A stretch of 38,063 bases of DNA, from the IMG/VR virus record IMGVR_UViG_3300012921_000080, positions 1 through 38,063 of that record, one strand, 5' to 3'. The translations under genes and the position numbers were made by a program. Shown piece after piece: positions 33,326-38,063 of this stretch. The notes below the pieces were generated by a model that was given only the letters and a program-made list of their open reading frames with translations, was not told where the DNA came from and did not search any database. Position 1 is the stretch's first letter. Each line of letters begins with the position of its first letter. The DNA comes from a virus. Its lineage: Duplodnaviria > Caudoviricetes.

Positions 33326-33538
33326 CTAGGCCGCGGTTTCCTTGTCCTGGCGCTGCACCTCTTCCTCGAGCTGCAGCACGAGCTCGACCTGGCGGCGCAC
33401 GGAAGGATTGGGGCGCGAGCCGCGCTTCAAGCCGTAGGTGACGGTGCTTTCGGAAATGCCGGCGCGGCGGGCCATTTCGGCCCGGCTGAAACCGTCGAGG
33501 CTTTTGCGCCGCACTTCCACCTTTTCCCAGAAGGTCAT
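33326..33538 (-). CDS. Cro-like HTH repressor (70 aa)
   Basis: SRAEMARRAGISESTVTYG HTH; AGAGGAG RBS; divergent from the cI-like gene. Confidence 0.8.
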   Translation of the reverse strand: MTFWEKVEVRRKSLDGFSRAEMARRAGISESTVTYGLKRGSRPNPSVRRQVELVLQLEEEVQRQDKETAA

Positions 33539-33637
33539 TTTCGTCGCTGCTCCTCTATCGGAACGTGACAAATTGTGATTTGTGCCATTCTGTCAAGTGA
33601 TCATTCGCGCGATTTTGTTGTGGAGTATCGCCGCCTA
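33539..33637. promoter_or_regulatory. Divergent cro/cI control region
   Basis: AT-rich; TTGACA on the minus strand at 33591-33596; near-palindrome TGACAAATTGTGA. Confidence 0.65.
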
Positions 33638-34261
33638 ATGCTCGCGCTTGTGGAAAACCTGCGGCGAAAACAACTGGCATGGTTCGAGGCGGTGCTGCTG
33701 CACCGCAACTGGAACATGAGCCAGCTCGCGGAGTTTTCAGGCGTCGATCCGTCGACCCTGTCGAAGTTCCGCAATGATCCCGACAACGTGAAGCAGCTCT
33801 CCACCCGTTCGGTGGAAAAGATTGCGGAGGCGAGCGGTATCACGCCCTATGATACGCGCGCGCCGGTTAAGCCGCGCGGCTTCGGCGAAGGCGAAGCCGT
33901 TCCCTACACGGCGTCGGGCGTGCATGAGCCGATCAGCGCCGCAATTTCCGCAGTGCGGCGCGACGCCAATGGCCTCGACCCTTGGATCCTGCGCTCACGC
34001 GCGCTGGAGAATGCGGGTTATCTTGAGGGCGATGTGCTGATGGTCGATCTCAATGCGGAGGCACGACCCGGTGACGTCGTCTGCGCCCAGGTCTTCGACG
34101 ACAAGGGTGGGGCGCGCACCATCATGCGCATCTTCGAGGACCCCTATCTCATTGCCGCTTCACTCGATGCCGGCCTGCTGCGGCCTCTGCATGTCGGCCG
34201 CGATCCCGTTGTGCTGCGCGGCGTCGTCGTCACATCCTTCCGACCGCGCCGCGCAGCCTGA
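33638..34261 (+). CDS. CI-like phage repressor (HTH plus S24-like domain)
   Basis: NMSQLAEFSGVDPSTLSKF HTH; C-terminal GYLEGDVLMVD...RPGDVVCA...LRGVVV; exact start uncertain. Confidence 0.8.
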   Translation: MLALVENLRRKQLAWFEAVLLHRNWNMSQLAEFSGVDPSTLSKFRNDPDNVKQLSTRSVEKIAEASGITPYDTRAPVKPRGFGEGEAVPYTASGVHEPISAAISAVRRDANGLDPWILRSRALENAGYLEGDVLMVDLNAEARPGDVVCAQVFDDKGGARTIMRIFEDPYLIAASLDAGLLRPLHVGRDPVVLRGVVVTSFRPRRAA

Positions 34262-34280
34262 CCTAAGTCAGAATTGAATT

Positions 34281-34385
34281 ATCTCGCATTTGCGAGATGT
34301 TATGATGCCGAGCATCATGATGTTTCACGTGTGTCGCAACATCACGTGAATTTTCTTGACACGAAGTCACAAACCGTCACATCTT
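34281..34385 (+). promoter_or_regulatory. Early rightward promoter region with three adjacent palindromes
   Basis: ATCTCGCA-TT-TGCGAGAT, ATGATGC-CGA-GCATCAT and TTCACGTG-N11-CACGTGAA, then TTGACA at 34356-34361. Confidence 0.7.
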
Positions 34386-34419
34386 CCGCGCGTTTCCTCA
34401 ACGCGGGAGTGATTTGCAC

Positions 34420-34734
34420 ATGAATGCGCCAGTCAAACCCCTGAGCGGTGCCGAGGATGTGGTGGTTCTGCGCCCCGTCCTCTATGCGCGCCAGGTGGCC
34501 GATATGCTCGGCTGGACCGAGCGACACTTTCTCGAACGCCGCGACGCGCTGGAGCGCGAACAGGGCTTCCCTGGCCGCCTGCCCGGGCTCAACCGCTACT
34601 CCCGCGCCGCCGTGCTGCGCTGGATCGAAACCAACGGCCGCACCTGGCAGCCCCGGGCCGACGAAGCCGTGACCGTCTCCGGCGGCGCGCTCGAGCTCAG
34701 CATCCAGGCGCTCGAAGAGGAGTATCGGCAATGA
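34420..34734 (+). CDS. Excisionase/AlpA-like HTH protein
   Basis: LYARQVADMLGWT...QGFPGRLPGLNRYSRAAVLRWI; GGGAG RBS. Confidence 0.7.
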   Translation: MNAPVKPLSGAEDVVVLRPVLYARQVADMLGWTERHFLERRDALEREQGFPGRLPGLNRYSRAAVLRWIETNGRTWQPRADEAVTVSGGALELSIQALEEEYRQ

Positions 34735-34997
34735 CCGCGCCGGCTTTCCTTCCCGACGCCGTGGCGCTTGGCGATGCCGACAAGCGGGCGCTCGACAAGC
34801 TGGGCACCGGTCGTTTCATCCGCCGCACCGGCGGCTGGGTGGCGGGCTCCGGCAGTCGCATCAGTCTCGACACCGCCAAGCGCTTGATCGCCCGCCACCT
34901 GGCGCGCGTCGACACCGCCGGCCGCAATCCGCAGCTGGTGCTCACCGGCGCCGGCAAGGACGTCCGCGCCGTTATCCTGGCGAGGAAACGGACATGA
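34731..34997 (+). CDS. Small hypothetical protein (winged-helix-like)
   Basis: GAGGAG RBS; ATGA overlap; LVLTGAGK end motif. Confidence 0.65.
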   Translation: MTAPAFLPDAVALGDADKRALDKLGTGRFIRRTGGWVAGSGSRISLDTAKRLIARHLARVDTAGRNPQLVLTGAGKDVRAVILARKRT

Positions 34998-35260
34998 CGC
35001 CGAAAATGGAAGCGGCCCTGCAGGCCGCCCTGAATGCCGACGCCAAGGGCGGCCTTTGTTATACGGTCGCCGGCTGGATCGATCCGGACCATTGCTTCAC
35101 CTATCACGGTCCAGTTGTGGTCTCCCGTTTGGTCTTCGATCGCGGCTTTCTCGCTGAGGCCGGCGCCAAGGGCCGCGGCCCGAAAAGTCGGCGCGTGATC
35201 ACCGACAAGGGCCGCGCCTATCTCGCTGCGAAACAAAAGGCCGAGAGGACCGGACAATGA
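34994..35260 (+). CDS. Small hypothetical protein (winged-helix-like)
   Basis: GAGGA RBS; ATGA overlap; RVITDKGRAYL end motif. Confidence 0.65.
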   Translation: MTPKMEAALQAALNADAKGGLCYTVAGWIDPDHCFTYHGPVVVSRLVFDRGFLAEAGAKGRGPKSRRVITDKGRAYLAAKQKAERTGQ

Positions 35261-35451
35261 ACCTGGCGTTCCTCTGCGGCCCCCTCGTCGCCATCGCCGC
35301 CTCGGTCGGCATCCTGCTCGGCCTGGCGCTCGGCCTCAATCTCTACGCCCTGCCGGTGCCCAAGGGCTTCGGCTTTTCTCCGGAGGGTCCGGAAGGACGG
35401 GGCGAGACCGTCGGCTCGACCCAGGGTCCGACTGCAAGGAGGACAAAATGA
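35257..35451 (+). CDS. Small membrane protein
   Basis: N-terminal TM helix; ATGA overlaps at both ends. Confidence 0.55.
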   Translation: MNLAFLCGPLVAIAASVGILLGLALGLNLYALPVPKGFGFSPEGPEGRGETVGSTQGPTARRTK

Positions 35452-35645
35452 AGTTTCCCGTTTACCGCTACCTGGTGATCGACGGCGTCTGCCGGCAGGA
35501 TGTGCCGGGCGGCCGCTGGATCCAGCTCTCGCTGGAGGAGACAGACGAATTGCTTTCGCGCTTCGACGGCCTGGCGCCCGTGCCGGCCCGCCCGTCCGAA
35601 CCGCGTAAACCCCTCCCTGCCGAGGTCGATACCCCCCTCGGCTAG
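35448..35645 (+). CDS. Small hypothetical protein (65 aa)
   Basis: AGGAGG RBS; ATGA overlap. Confidence 0.6.
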   Translation: MKFPVYRYLVIDGVCRQDVPGGRWIQLSLEETDELLSRFDGLAPVPARPSEPRKPLPAEVDTPLG

Positions 35646-35713
35646 GAGTTCCCGCGAACCGGCGGCCCTGAAGCTAACCCCCAGCTCCTTGGGCGCGACC
35701 CCGGTTCACCCTG

Positions 35714-35755
35714 ACGGGGCGGGCTGCGTAACGAGTGCCCGCCCCGTATTTTTTT
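35714..35755 (+). terminator. Rho-independent terminator
   Basis: ACGGGGCGGGC...GCCCGCCCCGT followed by ATTTTTTT. Confidence 0.8.
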
Positions 35756-35775
35756 CAATCAACCAGGAGCCGATC

Positions 35776-36114
35776 ATGGAAGCAGTTCATCACAAGGAAG
35801 GATTTGCCAACGGCGACGACGCGCTGGCAGCGGCACTGACGTCGCCGGACGAGATGACCCGGATCATGGCACGCGGTGCAGCAGGCGAGTGGATTTCCCA
35901 TTTCACCGCATGGGTCAATGACGAGCTGCGCCGGCCAAAGGCAGAGATAGGCGACGTGATACAGGCGATCCTGCGGCTACAGATGCAGACGCTCGCCTCG
36001 CTGGCAGCGCAGATCTCGCGAGCGGAGGGCGATCCGGTGTTGTTGTCGGCGATCGTCGGGCTCTACCAGGACGAATTTGTCGAGCACATGCGCAAGACGC
36101 GCCAGCACCTTTGA
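35776..36114 (+). CDS. Hypothetical helical protein (112 aa, MEAVHHKEGF...)
   Basis: CAGGAG RBS before the ATG at 35776. Confidence 0.7.
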   Translation: MEAVHHKEGFANGDDALAAALTSPDEMTRIMARGAAGEWISHFTAWVNDELRRPKAEIGDVIQAILRLQMQTLASLAAQISRAEGDPVLLSAIVGLYQDEFVEHMRKTRQHL

Positions 36115-36138
36115 CATTTCACCCGAAGCGAGGCTGAC

Positions 36139-37518
36139 ATGGCGTCCATGGGCAAAGTCACCATCCGCATTCCTCTCGTCACCTGGCGCGACGGCCGGCC
36201 TCGCTTCTTCGCCTCGGCGGTGCATCGCGAGATGGGCTATCATGGCGAGGATCTGCGCCACCCGCCGCGCGACGCCGCCGGCCGCCCGGTCGGGCCGTGG
36301 TTCAGCCTCGACGAGGCGATCGCCTGGTCGAAAGCGCGCCAGGCCGAGATGACCGAGCGCCGCCGCGCGCGGCAGCTACAGGGCGCTAGCCCGTCGCGAA
36401 GCGCCCCGTCCGGAGGCCAGCCGCCGGCAGGCGGCGGTGCGGCCGTGAGGACACTGAACCTGATCAGCGTTTCGCAGGTGGTGGAAAAATTCCTTGCCCA
36501 GCCGCGCATGCGCGGCGAAGCCCAGGTCGAGGGCAAGAAGAAGCGCCGGCCGGTCAAGCCGAACACGGTGCGCTACTATCGCGCCGCGGCAGCCGCGCTC
36601 GAGCGCCACAATGACGGCCGCGTCTGGCACGAGGCGGCGGCGGCCGTCACCTCGCCTGTCCTGGACAGGATCCTCGATCGCATCGAGGTCGAGAGCGGGC
36701 TTGCCGTGGCCCGCTCGGTGCGGGCGCTGCTCTCGGCCGCCTATGGCTTCGGCCTGCGCAAGGCGCTGGTGCCAGTCAATCCCGTCGAGCGCTCGGAAAC
36801 GCTGCCGGCGCTGGAGCCGCGCCTGCGCTGCGGCGAACCGGAGGAGATGGCGGCGCTGATCAAGGGCTGCGACGCGCTCGGCTTCCCCGACGTCGCCGAC
36901 GCGGTCCTGCTCGGCCTGATGTCGGGCCAGCGCCAGAACGACCGCCTGGCGCTCACCGATGGCCAGGTCACGGCCGAGGGCATCCTGTTCCGGCAGGGAA
37001 AGAAACATGGCCAGCCGCTGCTGATCCCGGTGCAGGATCCCGAATGGATTGCCCGCCTGGCCGCCATGCGGGCCCGCCGGCGCGACTGGCGGGTCAACTA
37101 TCCGCATGTGCTGCTCGACGAGCGCCATCGCCGCCCGTGGAACGAGCACTACTACCGCAAGGTCTTCCGCGTGCTGCGCGTCGCGATCGCCACCGGCGCG
37201 CTGGAGACGATCGACGGCCGCAACGAGCCGACCGTGATGGCGAAGCGCCTGCTCAAGGGCGTCGACATTCGCGCCCGCCTGGCCGCCGCCGGCGTCGAGC
37301 TGACGCCCTCGCTGAAGGACTTCCGCGACCAGGACCTGCGCGACACGGCCGTCACCTGGCTGGCGCGCGCAAGGTGCGACAAGTTCGAGATCGCCGCGGT
37401 CACTGGCCACAGCCTGAAGTCGATCGACGAGATCCTGAAACACTATCTCGGCCTGCACCCCGAACTCGCCCGCTCGGCGATGGCGAAGATGGTGTCCTGG
37501 CGCGCCGGGAGGGGATGA
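36139..37518 (+). CDS. int: Tyrosine recombinase/integrase
   Basis: SGQRQND (Arg I), QDLRDTA (HxxR variant), TGH, and ILKHY (catalytic Tyr). Confidence 0.85.
   Translation: MASMGKVTIRIPLVTWRDGRPRFFASAVHREMGYHGEDLRHPPRDAAGRPVGPWFSLDEAIAWSKARQAEMTERRRARQLQGASPSRSAPSGGQPPAGGGAAVRTLNLISVSQVVEKFLAQPRMRGEAQVEGKKKRRPVKPNTVRYYRAAAAALERHNDGRVWHEAAAAVTSPVLDRILDRIEVESGLAVARSVRALLSAAYGFGLRKALVPVNPVERSETLPALEPRLRCGEPEEMAALIKGCDALGFPDVADAVLLGLMSGQRQNDRLALTDGQVTAEGILFRQGKKHGQPLLIPVQDPEWIARLAAMRARRRDWRVNYPHVLLDERHRRPWNEHYYRKVFRVLRVAIATGALETIDGRNEPTVMAKRLLKGVDIRARLAAAGVELTPSLKDFRDQDLRDTAVTWLARARCDKFEIAAVTGHSLKSIDEILKHYLGLHPELARSAMAKMVSWRAGRG
36381..36453 (+). repeat. Dispersed palindromic element, copy B (in frame inside the integrase)
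   Basis: Encodes GASPSRSAPSGGQPPAGGGAAVRT; shares 25 bp with copy A and 27 bp with copy C. Confidence 0.8.
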
Positions 37519-37913
37519 TGCGGATTTTCAGGCGTGACGACTTTATGAACCTGCCGGCAGGCGTCCTCTACTCCAAGGGCAAGCCTTGGTACTTTGATGG
37601 CCTGATGCGAAAGGACGAGACGATCGAGGTCGATCAGGGCAGGCCGATCGACTGGCTTTATCAGGACCTGGTAAATATCGACATGGGTGCTGATAGCGGA
37701 GAATGGGCGGATCGGCTGGAGCACATGCTCGAGTACGGCTCGTCGCAACCGATGGAAGACGGTACCAGCCGCGACGGCTGCTTCGACGAGGACGAACTGT
37801 TCCTCGTCTTTGAGCCGGCCGACCTTGTGCGGCTGCAAGCGATCATCTCGGACGCGCTCAAGATCGCGCCGACCATCAACGGCGAACTGGGCGTCAAGGC
37901 GATCGGCAGCTGA
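37515..37913 (+). CDS. Acidic hypothetical phage protein (132 aa, MMRIFRRDDFMNLPAG...)
   Basis: GGAGG RBS; ATGA overlap with the integrase stop. Confidence 0.75.
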   Translation: MMRIFRRDDFMNLPAGVLYSKGKPWYFDGLMRKDETIEVDQGRPIDWLYQDLVNIDMGADSGEWADRLEHMLEYGSSQPMEDGTSRDGCFDEDELFLVFEPADLVRLQAIISDALKIAPTINGELGVKAIGS

Positions 37914-38063
37914 TCACCGCGTCAGAAGCAGGATGTATTCAGGCGCGGCGCCGTTCTGGATCATGCAGGCCTTGATGAACTCCGGCACGAATGTCTTGCA
38001 ATAGGTCGACTGGTTCGGACAGCGTATCAGCGCCTGCGTGCTGCAATGGTTCCTGATCGTCAT
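37914..38063 (-). CDS. Small Cys-containing ORF (49 aa from the ATG at the window edge; may extend beyond it)
   Basis: MTIRNHCSTQALIRCPNQSTYCKTFVPEFIKACMIQ...; its stop abuts the stop of the convergent gene. Confidence 0.45.
   Translation of the reverse strand: MTIRNHCSTQALIRCPNQSTYCKTFVPEFIKACMIQNGAAPEYILLLTR

Larger units (their letters stand above)
1..38063. mobile_element. Temperate podovirus-like prophage (BPP-1/T7-like virion module); ends not visible in the window
   Basis: Lysis, tail, head, packaging, replication, immunity and integrase modules in canonical order; many ATGA/TGATG overlapping gene junctions. Confidence 0.95.

Noticed and set aside
33560-33570. GGAACGTGACA as a sixth copy of the promoter motif
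   Set aside because: Two mismatches, opposite orientation and no -10-like hexamer at the 16-nt spacing
35370-35447. Possible seventh copy of the dispersed palindromic element
   Set aside because: Only short partial matches (GGACGGGGCG, GAGGACA) in inconsistent orientation

Overview
The whole window is a high-GC temperate phage or prophage with a podovirus-type (T7/BPP-1-like) virion gene order, probably from an alphaproteobacterial host (inferred, not verified). The minus strand, read right to left from a cro/cI switch at ~33.5 kb, carries early genes, a C5-cytosine methyltransferase, a TOPRIM primase, a P-loop helicase, TerS/TerL, portal, scaffold, major capsid, tail adaptor and nozzle, internal virion proteins, a beta-helix tailspike and lysis genes. 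The plus strand carries the repressor, an Xis-like HTH, small ORFs and a tyrosine integrase. No att site, tRNA or CRISPR array was recognised. Notable observations: (1) five copies of a fixed-spacing promoter motif, GAAACGTAACA-N16-(-10 hexamer), one of which appears to drive a ~70-nt sRNA; (2) a methyltransferase frameshifted in a G9 tract and coupled to the primase gene; (3) a symmetric 13-copy octamer array with IHF-like sites, probably the origin; (4) six copies of a modular palindromic repeat, five of them in frame inside ORFs; (5) a CI-like repressor that appears to lack the autocleavage Ser/Lys; (6) a GCC-microsatellite Ala-repeat protein. All product calls come from motif recognition and synteny, with no database search.
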